From positions 248,001 to 312,000 of IMG/VR virus record IMGVR_UViG_3300003877_000001: a DNA stretch of 64,000 bases; one strand, given 5' to 3'. Shown here in pieces: positions 18,404 to 29,036 of this stretch. Each line of letters starts with the position of its first letter. Positions within the stretch are counted from its first letter, which is position 1. Both the position numbers and the translations under genes were made by a program. The notes beneath the pieces are model-generated. The model searched no databases. It had not been told where the DNA came from and worked only from the letters and a program-made list of their open reading frames with translations.

Positions 18404-19699
18404 TTATTGATTATAAATACTCCCATCTGTATTTAGTAAAATTATTCTATTTTCATCACTACCATTATAATCAGTAAATTGACCACTAATTAAATATTTA
18501 TTATCGCTTGTTTCAATTAATGATTTAGGTGCATCATTAAACCCACTACCAATGTTGAATGAATTATCAACACTTCCATCTGTGTTTAATCTTATAATTC
18601 TATTTTTTGCATTTCCATTATAATTAGTAAATTGACCACCAATTAAATATTTATTATCGCTTGTTTCAATTAATTCCCAAACAAAAGAGTCAAACCCACT
18701 ACCAATGTTGAATGAATTATCAACACTTCCATCTGTATTTAATCTTACAATTCTATTTTTTGCATTTCCATTATAATCAGTAAATTGACCACCAATTAAA
18801 TATTTATTATCGCTTGTTTCAATTATTGATAAGACAGTACCATCAAACCCACTACCAATATTGAATGAATTATCAACACTTCCATCTGTATTTAATCTTA
18901 CAATTCTATATTTTACATTTCCATTATAATCAGTAAATTGACCACCAATTAAATATTTATTATCGCTTGTTTCAATTAATTTCCAAACAGAAGTATTGAA
19001 CCCACTACCAATGTTGAATGAATTATCAACACTTCCATCTGTGTTTAATCTTATAATTCTATTTTTTACATTTCCATTATAATTAGTAAATTGACCACCA
19101 ATTAAATATTTATTATCGCTTGTTTCAATTATACTTGAAAGACTAAAATCAAACCCACTACCAATGTTGAATGAATTATCAACACTTCCATCTGTGTTTA
19201 ATCTTATAATTCTATTTTTTGCATTTCCATTATAATTTATAAAAACACCACCAATTAAATATTTATTATTGCTTGTTTCAATTAATGATTTAGGTGCATC
19301 ATTAAACCCACTACCAATGTTGAATGAATTATCAACACTTCCATCTGTGTTTAATCTTACAATTCTATTTTTTGCATTTCCATTATAGTAAATGAAAGGA
19401 CCTATTGAAAGATATTTATTATCACTTGTTTCAATAATATTATCAACATCAGTTGAAAAACCACTTCCAAAATTTGGTGGTGGTGTTAGTGTTGTGGTTA
19501 GATTTTTAGTTCCTGTTTTTACCCCACTAGCAGTATCGTATATTGTTACACTATATTCACCAATATTAGATAAATTAGTAAACGAATAAATACCTTCCAT
19601 ATCATGTACTTGATTATCAATAACAGCACCATTCAATGCAAGTTCAACACCAAATGGTGGGTATGAACCTATTATTTTATATGTTATTGTTTGTGCCAT
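18404..19699 (-). CDS. Delta-60 (DUF5122)-type repeat beta-propeller protein, putative virion receptor-binding or decoration protein
   Basis: Seven 51-aa repeats of GSGF...ETSDNKYLIGGQFTxYNG...RIxRLNTDGSVDNSF. Confidence 0.8.
   Translation of the reverse strand: MAQTITYKIIGSYPPFGVELALNGAVIDNQVHDMEGIYSFTNLSNIGEYSVTIYDTASGVKTGTKNLTTTLTPPPNFGSGFSTDVDNIIETSDNKYLSIGPFIYYNGNAKNRIVRLNTDGSVDNSFNIGSGFNDAPKSLIETSNNKYLIGGVFINYNGNAKNRIIRLNTDGSVDNSFNIGSGFDFSLSSIIETSDNKYLIGGQFTNYNGNVKNRIIRLNTDGSVDNSFNIGSGFNTSVWKLIETSDNKYLIGGQFTDYNGNVKYRIVRLNTDGSVDNSFNIGSGFDGTVLSIIETSDNKYLIGGQFTDYNGNAKNRIVRLNTDGSVDNSFNIGSGFDSFVWELIETSDNKYLIGGQFTNYNGNAKNRIIRLNTDGSVDNSFNIGSGFNDAPKSLIETSDNKYLISGQFTDYNGSDENRIILLNTDGSIYNQ
18410..19475 (-). 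repeat. Seven near-identical 153-bp tandem coding repeats
   Basis: cccactacca recurs at 18542, 18695, 18848, 19001, 19154 and 19307 (period 153), with a variant near 19460. Confidence 0.95.
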
Positions 19700-19710
19700 A
19701 ATATTTCATT

Positions 19711-20763
19711 TTAACATGGTGCTGATTGTTGACCTTGATTTATATAAAAACTAAAACTATCAACTTGATTACCATTATAATGTAATAATAAGGTAATTAA
19801 TGCTTTAGATTGACTACTACCATTACCATTAATAAATTTAAATGAATTATTATTAAATAGACATCCATATCCACCATCAAAATTAACAGTATCATTATTA
19901 GATGCTAATGAATTTTGTCCAACACCTAAAATTATATATTCACCATCAACAAAAAACCCACCAGTATTATATTCTACACCAATTTGATTATCTAATGTTG
20001 TTGCAACTTCTATATAAAATTGTGCAGGGAAAGAACCATTTACACCACTATTACCTTTTACATCTACACTAATTTCTACCCCAGAAGGGAATGGGTCGTT
20101 AAAACCACCTGTAAGACCACCAATACTACCAGATTGATTTGTAAAATCCATATTAAATTCAATTGGATCTTGTGTTATTGTTATACTGCCTTGAGCAGTA
20201 CAACCCTCAACAATTCCATTAGGTGTAATACCTTCAATAAGAATACTATATGTTGTTGGTTGAGACCCTACAAGTGCAGGTTTTGTGTAAGAACCATCAC
20301 CAGATCCTATTGTTGGTAATCCAATAGGGTTACCTAATTGATTATATAATGTATATGTAAAATCTTCACCCTGTGTACCAATTACATCGAACACCAAATA
20401 AGGAGGTATATGTGATAAATTAAGCATTTGAAACCCTAAACAAGGATCAATTGTTGTGGTGGTGGTAGTAGTTGTGGTTGTTGTGGTTGTTGTGGGTGCT
20501 AACGTTGTTGTAGTTGTAGTGGTTGTGGGTACTAATGTAGTTGTTGTTGTAATACTATTACCAATAAAACTATTACTATAAAATCCCATTCCTGTATCAT
20601 AAATCTCTAATTCATATATTAATTCATCAGGAACAATAAATGAACCACCATCACCAGAATTAGATAATAAATTACTATCAATAACATCCCCATTGTTATC
20701 TTTTACTAAAACCATAAAAGGAGTAAAAGTACCATCAACAATATATTCTACAAGTTTCCCCAT
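19711..20763 (-). CDS. Putative virion protein with poly-Thr mucin-like linker
   Basis: ITTTTTLVPTTTTTTTTLAPTTTTTTTTTTTTTID tract between beta-rich domains; lies in the tail gene block. Confidence 0.7.
   Translation of the reverse strand: MGKLVEYIVDGTFTPFMVLVKDNNGDVIDSNLLSNSGDGGSFIVPDELIYELEIYDTGMGFYSNSFIGNSITTTTTLVPTTTTTTTTLAPTTTTTTTTTTTTTTIDPCLGFQMLNLSHIPPYLVFDVIGTQGEDFTYTLYNQLGNPIGLPTIGSGDGSYTKPALVGSQPTTYSILIEGITPNGIVEGCTAQGSITITQDPIEFNMDFTNQSGSIGGLTGGFNDPFPSGVEISVDVKGNSGVNGSFPAQFYIEVATTLDNQIGVEYNTGGFFVDGEYIILGVGQNSLASNNDTVNFDGGYGCLFNNNSFKFINGNGSSQSKALITLLLHYNGNQVDSFSFYINQGQQSAPC
20452..20550 (-). repeat. Thr/Pro-rich low-complexity coding tract
   Basis: Run of ACN codons with mixed third positions. 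Confidence 0.9.
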
Positions 20764-20774
20764 TTAAATTTAAA

Positions 20775-22106
20775 TTATGGTAATATCATTATTTCAAGAT
20801 CACTATCAGGACAAGATGATGCATTGAACCCTGTATTAATTGGTGGTAGTGTCCAACTTCTATTTGATTTATATGACATTGCCTGAAGTAATTCTTGATC
20901 TTCAATTATGAATACTTTTAAATCATTAAATACTTTACCAACAACATTATCATATTGATCAACTAAATTAGCATATGATGTATTTAATTCAGGTAACTGA
21001 CCTAGACTAGTAAAATCACCACTAAGTGTTATCCCAATCGTACCACTAGTGTTTTTATGCCACATAATTGTTGGTAGATCAATAGTTGGTGTTGTTGTAT
21101 TTGTTAAAACAAACCCTTCACCATAATTATTTGAGGGTGAATTATTACTATAATGTATTAATCCAATATTTTTAACTTTTGGGCTTATTTTTTCTAGATA
21201 TTGTATTAATCCACCAAAAGCAACGCTTGGATTCGCACTAATATTTCTCATTGGTGGTATAATATTACCACCAGTACCAATAACATCTTCAGTATATACA
21301 ATTGACATATTCCAAACTGGTACATCAATTGTTGGTATATCATAATTTTCAATGAATGCAAGCATTGATTCAGATACAAAATCAGTTACAAAGGGCGATC
21401 CATAATAGTTTTGAATTGAGTCACCTGAAAAATGTCTACCATTATTATTTGGATATATTAATGCACCACTATCAAAACCAACGATTCCATTAAAATCAGG
21501 AATATTACGATCAACCGTAACTTGTAAATTATTATTGGTTAATGAACCTGTGATTGCTATTATTTTATACCATAAATATGGTATTGCTTTATCAACATCA
21601 AACCCAACAGTATGACCAACAACCTGATTTGCCCATCTAACAACCACATAATCACCAATTTCTGGTTCTGTTAAATTTGATGATGTTGCTGCCAATTTTA
21701 AAATATTCCCACCATCAACATTAGCACCAACAATTTTACAATTAGGTTGTTTTACATGAACAACATCATTAAAAATAGTTTTTGTTCCACCAGTAACATT
21801 AAACATACCCTTTTGCTGTATTGTATTTGTAATAATAGAAGTATTAGATACTACCGTTGGTAGATTAACTAAAGAATCTCCACTCACTACTTGAGTTATA
21901 AAACTAACAATTTCAGGATTTTTATCAACAGGTTTAAATATTGCAACATTAAAAGGGTCTAATGATACTTCATTATTATATTCATAATCTATTTCACTAT
22001 CACCAATAGCAAATTTTTTAAATCTAAGTTCACCTCTAGATAATAGTTCTCTACCTTTATCTGTTAATTTTATTTGTAATACTGTTTGATCTACTGAAAA
22101 TGCCAT
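20775..22106 (-). CDS. Tail/baseplate structural protein
   Basis: N-terminal LTDKGRELLSRG...FAIGDSEIDY motif resembling tail-collar/baseplate proteins; GTATTTATA upstream. Confidence 0.6.
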   Translation of the reverse strand: MAFSVDQTVLQIKLTDKGRELLSRGELRFKKFAIGDSEIDYEYNNEVSLDPFNVAIFKPVDKNPEIVSFITQVVSGDSLVNLPTVVSNTSIITNTIQQKGMFNVTGGTKTIFNDVVHVKQPNCKIVGANVDGGNILKLAATSSNLTEPEIGDYVVVRWANQVVGHTVGFDVDKAIPYLWYKIIAITGSLTNNNLQVTVDRNIPDFNGIVGFDSGALIYPNNNGRHFSGDSIQNYYGSPFVTDFVSESMLAFIENYDIPTIDVPVWNMSIVYTEDVIGTGGNIIPPMRNISANPSVAFGGLIQYLEKISPKVKNIGLIHYSNNSPSNNYGEGFVLTNTTTPTIDLPTIMWHKNTSGTIGITLSGDFTSLGQLPELNTSYANLVDQYDNVVGKVFNDLKVFIIEDQELLQAMSYKSNRSWTLPPINTGFNASSCPDSDLEIMILP

Positions 22107-22131
22107 TTAAATAATCTTTAATATAAATACA

Positions 22132-23169
22132 TTATAATTTTTTTATTAATTCATTGAAATTCCTTTTAGTATTTTGAATTTCTTCAACATATTTTATTGA
22201 ACCACGTTCCTTATTAACATATGAAAAATCTTCATTAAATGGATGATTTTTAACATATTGTGTTTTATTAAATAAATATTTTTGATCAAACACACCTGCA
22301 TTATGAAATATGTTTGTTTTATAATATTCACTTAAATTCCCCGTTGCCCATGAAAAATCCATATCATTATGTATTACTGTTATATGTCCTAATTTCCATG
22401 CATTCCATATTACTGCCCACATATCCGCTGTCCATGATTGTATTGGGTGTTTTGGATTAAATTTATGTATAGTACTTGTCATTAATTCATATAGGTTCTC
22501 AGAATCACTTTCAACATTTTCCCAAAATTCAGCATCAGCATTTTTCATTATATATTGTGCACCACCAGCATTACCATCCATATTTACAACTAATTCTGGA
22601 TCAATATTCACAGTTTTACACATTAAATTAAATAATTCAGTACTTTTACTTTTAATATATGTTGAATTTAAATATGATTTCGTATTACTAACAAACCAAT
22701 CAGGAGTTAAATAGATATAATCATCATATGTTGGTTTTTCTCTAAATAGTACATCTGGGTCTAAATAATAAAACATTCTAGACTCGTCTGGAAATTTAAT
22801 AAAATGTTTTTTTAATATATGTGGTCTAATAGATGAGGAATACCTAGATTTTTCTCTTTCGTCTTTATATGTGAAAATTTTAACACCAGTTTCTTTTTGA
22901 ATGTAATTTAACTTTGGACTTCTTCTATTTTTTATAGAAATCACATAACTTAAATCATCTAAAATTCCTAGTCTTTTAAAATTATTAATTTGAACCAACA
23001 TTTGCCATCTAAAATATGGGGTATCTGAAGTTGCCACAACATATTTCATATTACATATTTTATTTGTTGAATAATTATATTGTGTTAGTGTTGATTTAAC
23101 ATCAACACTATATTCTTCAATATATTCAGGTGGTATTGTTGTTAGTTTTTTAGTTAAAAAAAATGACAT
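22132..23169 (-). CDS. GT-A glycosyltransferase resembling plant HPAT/SGT1 (GT95/GT96) protein O-glycosyltransferases
   Basis: YFRWQ, IRPHIL, YLDPDVLF (DxD), GGAQYI and WTADMWA motifs in the family's order; possible true start MKYVVAT at 23049. Confidence 0.65.
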   Translation of the reverse strand: MSFFLTKKLTTIPPEYIEEYSVDVKSTLTQYNYSTNKICNMKYVVATSDTPYFRWQMLVQINNFKRLGILDDLSYVISIKNRRSPKLNYIQKETGVKIFTYKDEREKSRYSSSIRPHILKKHFIKFPDESRMFYYLDPDVLFREKPTYDDYIYLTPDWFVSNTKSYLNSTYIKSKSTELFNLMCKTVNIDPELVVNMDGNAGGAQYIMKNADAEFWENVESDSENLYELMTSTIHKFNPKHPIQSWTADMWAVIWNAWKLGHITVIHNDMDFSWATGNLSEYYKTNIFHNAGVFDQKYLFNKTQYVKNHPFNEDFSYVNKERGSIKYVEEIQNTKRNFNELIKKL

Positions 23170-23172
23170 AAT

Positions 23173-26100
23173 TTATATGAAAGTAATGTTATTATTTATA
23201 CTGTATGGTATTTCTTCTCTTTCTATTAACACACCACCATCAAATGTTTTATATAACCATTGTTTTTGTGATGAAAGATTATATGTTGTTGCCCACCAAG
23301 TATTTTCATCAAGAATATATGGTCTACCTGCTTGATTTATTTCAGGGTCAATACCTATTGGTAATTCATGTATTGTCCAAGTATCACCACCATCATTTGT
23401 TATTGCAACAGATGCAGGGTCGTTAGTATATGAGGATATTATACCAAGATCTGCGTTTGCAAAATATATTGATCTTGTAAAAAATGGTACAGTTACATCA
23501 AACCAAGTAGCACCACCATCTGTTGATTTTTTTAAATCAACTTGTGTTGAATATATTGTATTACTATCTCCAATAGATATTGCTGGTGATGTTACTTGAG
23601 TTGTTGGTGCATATAATGATGTTCTATCAACCCATGTAGCACCACCATCATTTGATATAAACATCCCTAATGGTTGATTAAACTGTGCAACAACTAAATC
23701 ACCTAATGCATCAACAGCAATTACACCACCAAACCCAGTAAAAGGTATATCTGTTGTTGTTCTATTAAATGTAGCACCACCATCTGTTGATTTATATAAA
23801 AACCAAACATGAGAACTACTAATATTACCAACATATATGTTATTAACATCTTTAGTCGACATAACACCAAAACTTTCATTAAATGATAATGCAGTACCAA
23901 ATGTTGGTTCTGTCCATGTTGCACCAGCATCTGTTGATCTTCTTACATGTGAATCAACACCATTTATTAATCCATCTGAAGTTCTTACAGCAACAATTGT
24001 ATTTGTATTTACAGCAATCACACCATAACTACCAATATTTGGGTCATCTAATGTCCATGTTTCACCACCATCATTACTAAAAGTATTTGAAGTATCACCA
24101 TTAATAAAACCAAATGTTGTTGTAGGTGCTGCCGTAGTTGTTGTGGTTGTGGTTGTTGTAGGTGCTATCGTAGTAGTTGTTGGTGCTGTGGTAGTCGTAG
24201 TTGTAGTTGTTGTAATTTGAACACATGCAGGTGTGTCAAATGTTGATAATAACAATAAATTATCTCTTTCTAATTGTGTTGACACACCAATGTAAATTAA
24301 AAAATCACTAACTCTTGTTGCATATGCAGAATCCGATAACCCACCTAAAGAAGTAAGTGATATTGCAGAATATGAAGAAAACGTATCATTAATATAATAT
24401 ATATTAGTTGTTACTATTGTTGAATTTCCACTTGGTTGTAATTCATTACACTTTAATTCGTGTCTTCTTGCATTAGTTGATGTTATTGTTGATACACAAA
24501 TTAAATTAATTGACCATTCATATGTTGTTTGTGGTTGTACAACAATAAATGTACTTCCATCATCCCCTAAATATTCTAAGTTTGAATCAAAATTTACACC
24601 TCTAGGATATCTAAATTTTTGTCTAGTAAATGCAGTATTTCTAATCAATATACCACCCTTACCTAAAATTATTGTTGCTGGTAATAATTCATTTACAAAT
24701 CTATTAAAGAATGCATTATATTGATTTATAAATGAATATAAATTACCGAAATTATAACCATTACTTTGTAATGGGTTACCATTGGGAAGAAAACTTCTTT
24801 TTAAATATTCATCATAAATATGTTGTACTGTTGGATAATATCCACCAGTATTATCAGTAATCGTTTTTCTTCTAGGTACATTAATTAATCTTCTAGTAAT
24901 TAATTCAAGATATTCTAAGAAACTCATATCACCAATGTCAGGGAATGTTGAGTCTACAGGTAATAATGGTGGTACATAACTACCATCATCAATAATATAG
25001 TATGCACCAATAATAAAACCTAAATTTATTGATGATGGTAAGTATACTTGTTTTTTATTTAGTGGATTTAATGTAAAATCTGTTCCATTTTGCAACGTAA
25101 TACCATTAACAGTTATTTTAATTGAGTCAAGATTAAATGCCGTAAAATCTAAAACATAGATATATTTATTAATACCTGCATTATAATAGAATTTAGATGA
25201 ACTAAATGAATCCACTCTAAACGCTTCTGATCTTTTTTCAGCATTAGAAGGTAAACTACCATCTTTAATATACCATGTTCTAATAACTGGATTTGTTAAT
25301 AAATATGCTTTTAAGTCGTTATTTTGTATAATTAATTTAGTGCGATCTAGAGTATCAATCATAAAATCACCACTAAATAATGTTGTACCTTTAGTCATTG
25401 TTATACCGTTAATAACTAATTGAACATCACCTTTAGGTTCTTCAGGAAGTTGAAGAACAGCACCAGCAGATAATACCGTAGGTGCTTGAACCAAATATTC
25501 TACTTGTGTATATCCAGTATTCCCAAGTCTATTATATAAATATGTTACAGTTATCACATCTTGACCTGTTGTTGCACTAACGGCAGTTGCAGGATTAATA
25601 GTAACAGTACCAAGGTTATTATCAAAATTATAATCTGTTGTTGGTGTTAATGTTACCCCATTATAATTCATTTGAATGGCACTCCCACTCATAGGTATTT
25701 CAGGTAAATTAAATGTTGTAGGATCATCTACTTCCAATTCCATATTAATATAGATATATGGACTTGTTGTACCTGTTGAAGTAATTGGTGAATCAATAAA
25801 TTTATTATAACAAAATACGTCATATTCAATTCCACGTGCAGTATCTAATGTTACATCAACTTCCTTAGTATTTATAATTAATTTACTATCTTCCTGATAA
25901 TAATTAGGTGTTGATGGATGAATCCTTTCAATAAATCCACCTTCTACCCATGATTTTTTATTATCAATAGTTCTATTTACATCAAATCCCATGTTTCTAA
26001 AATTATCGATATATGCTTGTCCATTATCACTATTACCAGATATTTGAAAATAGAAATCATCAGTTTCTACTGGTGCAATAGGATATCCATCCCCATCAAA

Positions 26101-27594
26101 TGGAAATGATGCTGAAGGTATGTCTTCCAATGACAATTCTACATCATTAGGATTTATTTTACCATCAACAGTATAAACATATTCAGTAATATTAATAAAT
26201 GGTTCAGGAATACCAATTAATTGAAACATCGATTTTATTGCATGTCTAGTACCTTTAGACTTCCAATAATAATTAGTATTAATTAAAATTCTTCTCCAAA
26301 GTTCAATATCGATTTCAGCAGGAAGTAAATCGTTTTCACCAAATTCTTTTTCAGATGAAAAGAATGCTTCGGTTACATCTTGTTCTGTTACTAAATCAAA
26401 AACATCCCAACCCATTGTTTTAGCTAAGTTTCTAACTAAAATATCTGGAATATTATTCTTTTTATCATATGTTGTTTTATTGATATTAACAATAGCATCA
26501 ATAAATAATCTTAATTCATCAAATTCACGACCATATATTCTTAATAACTTAGTCATTTTACCTTCATCAGTAAGATCATAAAGTTTTAAAGAAGCTGGTG
26601 TTAAAAATCTTGCAATTAAATCGGTTTTTACTTTATCATATGAAGTACCAATACTTAATATTGTTGTTAAAAAGGTTTCAAATAGTGAACCTTGAATATT
26701 TGGATTATAATTATCTGTTGTATTCCATAATATATTTACATCACCATAAAAAACACCACCAGTATCTAAAATAGTTACTTTTTTTAATTTTATTTGAAAC
26801 CCACTATAATCTGCTAATCTATTAGATATGAAATATGTTTCCAATTGATTTGAGTTCTTTAAAAATTTATTATATTCTAAAACATTTGGTTTCATATGAA
26901 AATTAACTGAACCAGTTGTTGCACCTGATAATGTTGGAAATGGATTACCTTGTACTGTTAATTCAATCCAAGGTGTATTTACTGTGTCACCAGTAAAACC
27001 AAGAACATTATGTGTATTATTTTCAGGATCAGTACTTTGCCAAATAACAAAATTTTCATAACTTAAATTAAGATTTCTTAATTTATTATCTATTGGATTT
27101 GATAAGTTCCCATTATCAAATATTATTGTAAATGTGTTTGAAACTACGGATGATAACATTCTAAAATTTGACGTATCAGTAAATGGATCATATGTAAAAT
27201 TATAGAACGTATCAGTACCATTACCTTGTGAATCAAGATATATACTTGCAGGATAATTTTTTATAATTTCATCTATGGTTACTCTAAAAAGTTCAGCAGC
27301 AGAACCGAATCTAACATATGATTTAATATCCGATTTATCGAAATTTAATGTTACTGTATTTGTAAAATCAAATATATCTTGTGATTGATTATTATCAATA
27401 CCTAATGTTTCTAATGTAATTGGATTTGAAAACGAACTTAAAGTATTTGAATAATCTCTAGTCTTTTTGCCTGTAAAATTTGACTTAACAACAAAATCAC
27501 CCAATGAGAACACCGTTTCCGATGCTACATTAGTAAAATTTCCACCAATTAGGTCTTGATTCTGACCTTTATTTATAACCTTTTTTCTAGCCAC
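23173..27594 (-). CDS. Large baseplate/tail protein with beta-rich repeats, poly-Thr linker and C-terminal BNR/Asp-box propeller
   Basis: YWKSKGTRHAI baseplate-wedge-like motif; repeated (I/V)NGxTL...DF modules; Thr tract; about seven SxDGGxTW Asp-boxes; GTG start. Confidence 0.75.
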   Translation of the reverse strand: MARKKVINKGQNQDLIGGNFTNVASETVFSLGDFVVKSNFTGKKTRDYSNTLSSFSNPITLETLGIDNNQSQDIFDFTNTVTLNFDKSDIKSYVRFGSAAELFRVTIDEIIKNYPASIYLDSQGNGTDTFYNFTYDPFTDTSNFRMLSSVVSNTFTIIFDNGNLSNPIDNKLRNLNLSYENFVIWQSTDPENNTHNVLGFTGDTVNTPWIELTVQGNPFPTLSGATTGSVNFHMKPNVLEYNKFLKNSNQLETYFISNRLADYSGFQIKLKKVTILDTGGVFYGDVNILWNTTDNYNPNIQGSLFETFLTTILSIGTSYDKVKTDLIARFLTPASLKLYDLTDEGKMTKLLRIYGREFDELRLFIDAIVNINKTTYDKKNNIPDILVRNLAKTMGWDVFDLVTEQDVTEAFFSSEKEFGENDLLPAEIDIELWRRILINTNYYWKSKGTRHAIKSMFQLIGIPEPFINITEYVYTVDGKINPNDVELSLEDIPSASFPFDGDGYPIAPVETDDFYFQISGNSDNGQAYIDNFRNMGFDVNRTIDNKKSWVEGGFIERIHPSTPNYYQEDSKLIINTKEVDVTLDTARGIEYDVFCYNKFIDSPITSTGTTSPYIYINMELEVDDPTTFNLPEIPMSGSAIQMNYNGVTLTPTTDYNFDNNLGTVTINPATAVSATTGQDVITVTYLYNRLGNTGYTQVEYLVQAPTVLSAGAVLQLPEEPKGDVQLVINGITMTKGTTLFSGDFMIDTLDRTKLIIQNNDLKAYLLTNPVIRTWYIKDGSLPSNAEKRSEAFRVDSFSSSKFYYNAGINKYIYVLDFTAFNLDSIKITVNGITLQNGTDFTLNPLNKKQVYLPSSINLGFIIGAYYIIDDGSYVPPLLPVDSTFPDIGDMSFLEYLELITRRLINVPRRKTITDNTGGYYPTVQHIYDEYLKRSFLPNGNPLQSNGYNFGNLYSFINQYNAFFNRFVNELLPATIILGKGGILIRNTAFTRQKFRYPRGVNFDSNLEYLGDDGSTFIVVQPQTTYEWSINLICVSTITSTNARRHELKCNELQPSGNSTIVTTNIYYINDTFSSYSAISLTSLGGLSDSAYATRVSDFLIYIGVSTQLERDNLLLLSTFDTPACVQITTTTTTTTTAPTTTTIAPTTTTTTTTTAAPTTTFGFINGDTSNTFSNDGGETWTLDDPNIGSYGVIAVNTNTIVAVRTSDGLINGVDSHVRRSTDAGATWTEPTFGTALSFNESFGVMSTKDVNNIYVGNISSSHVWFLYKSTDGGATFNRTTTDIPFTGFGGVIAVDALGDLVVAQFNQPLGMFISNDGGATWVDRTSLYAPTTQVTSPAISIGDSNTIYSTQVDLKKSTDGGATWFDVTVPFFTRSIYFANADLGIISSYTNDPASVAITNDGGDTWTIHELPIGIDPEINQAGRPYILDENTWWATTYNLSSQKQWLYKTFDGGVLIEREEIPYSINNNITFI
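24115..24213 (-). repeat. Thr/Ala/Pro-rich low-complexity coding tract
   Basis: Encodes TTTTTTTTTAPTTTTIAPTTTTTTTTTAAPTTT. Confidence 0.9.
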
Positions 27595-27691
27595 TGATAA
27601 TTTCTTTCATATAAATACAATTAAAGAAAAAACCCCAACATTTTTGTTAGGAATTTTTTTAATTATAAATACTATAAAATTTTATAAAAAT

Positions 27692-27889
27692 TTATATTAT
27701 AAGTAATTCTTTCTTTAAAACATTATTAATATCTTCATTATATTTAATATGTAATAACTTAATATTATTATTTTTAGCAAATTCACCATGTGCAGGACAT
27801 ATAATTTTAACTTTAGTTTTTGATGTATTATATTCAACAAATGAATAATAGTATTTATTTCCATGAATTTTTATTGATCTTTCAACATG
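27692..27889 (-). pseudogene. Collapsed homing endonuclease remnant, paralog of 37908..38852
   Basis: Start-less frame VERSIKIHGNKYYYSFVEYNTSKTKVKIICPAHGEF-AKNNNIKLLHIKYNEDINNVLKKELLII*: first repeat fused to the terminal segment. Confidence 0.7.
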
Positions 27890-27918
27890 TAAATATATAC
27901 TAAGAAAATTTATAAAAC

Positions 27919-28821
27919 CTATCCAACTGAATCTATTATGATATTTATGTCTTGACTATTATCAATCACATTTCTTTTTTCTTTCACTTCAAATAATGCA
28001 TCATCAGTAACATCATCATCAATTTCAAATAAATTAAATTGTTTAAGAATATTTCTATCAGTATCATAATTAGTAAGAATACCACGTTTAACATCTTTGA
28101 TTTGTTCACCAGCTACAACATCAACAACAGTATCTATTGTATTTTCAACAAATTCTACTTCAACAGTGAGGGGGTTTACATTTGTATTATACATTAAGAT
28201 TGATTGATTAGGTTTTCCTATAAAGGGATTAACATTTGGTTTAACGTTTGAAGCCGAAGATGGTGTTAACTGTAAAAATATTAATGAACCAGAATCATCA
28301 AAACGATAACGTACTGCTGTTTGAGATGTGTTACCAATATTTTCTGTTACAGGAATTGCTCTATTAGATGTTACAACGTATCTTACAGTATTTCGTAGCT
28401 TAGTACCATCATCATTAATATATTCGATTCTATACCCATCTAAAGCACCGTTAGTGGTTAATTCAATAGGTAGTTGATTGGAGTCTAACACAATACCCTT
28501 TACTGTCGGTAAAGCCGATAGAACCCCACAATCTACAATTACAGTTCTTAATTGTTTTGGTCTAATAAATAAAGTATAAAATCCTAATTGATTAAATATT
28601 GTTGCAGGTAAAATTAGATTATATAATCCACCAAGCAAATTATCTTCACCACTAACTTGTTCGTCTGTTGGTGTAAGTATTGGTGCTAAGACTGAAGGTG
28701 CATCTAATCTAAATGTTTCATTTGAGTTATCTTCTCTTGATGGACTAAATGTATAGAATATATCCAAATCATTTACCGATATATCTGCTGCTCTTAAATT
28801 TCCATATGTTCCTATACTCAC
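27919..28821 (-). CDS. Putative baseplate/virion structural protein
   Basis: 300-aa beta-rich ORF (GTG start) within the baseplate block. Confidence 0.6.
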   Translation of the reverse strand: MSIGTYGNLRAADISVNDLDIFYTFSPSREDNSNETFRLDAPSVLAPILTPTDEQVSGEDNLLGGLYNLILPATIFNQLGFYTLFIRPKQLRTVIVDCGVLSALPTVKGIVLDSNQLPIELTTNGALDGYRIEYINDDGTKLRNTVRYVVTSNRAIPVTENIGNTSQTAVRYRFDDSGSLIFLQLTPSSASNVKPNVNPFIGKPNQSILMYNTNVNPLTVEVEFVENTIDTVVDVVAGEQIKDVKRGILTNYDTDRNILKQFNLFEIDDDVTDDALFEVKEKRNVIDNSQDINIIIDSVG

Positions 28822-29036
28822 TTTTTATTGTTTTACTTCTTTTAATTTATTATTTCTTTTATCAACAATCATAATTTTAACTAGTCTCACATTCTCATTA
28901 ACCCACTCATTTTTTTTCATATTGTTTTGATAAATACTCAATATATATATTTTCACATATGTACCATTACATTTTTCTATTCCTAGAATTACTTAATTTT
29001 CTTTAATTTCAATATCACTAAAAATAGGTTTCTTCA

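Noticed and set aside
18410-19475. Regular repeats with short variable inserts, superficially CRISPR-like
   Set aside because: Period is 153 bp, in frame and encodes a propeller protein; variable parts are only about 18 nt; no cas genes.
18404-19699. Diversity-generating retroelement target
   Set aside because: No reverse transcriptase or template repeat in the window, and differences between repeats are not confined to adenines.
20452-24213. Poly-Thr tracts as slippage microsatellites
   Set aside because: All four ACN codons are interspersed, so these are not pure trinucleotide repeats.
28822-29036. Tiny ORFs (about 31 aa from 28920 and 14 aa from 29037)
   Set aside because: Too short and featureless to support; possibly gene relics.
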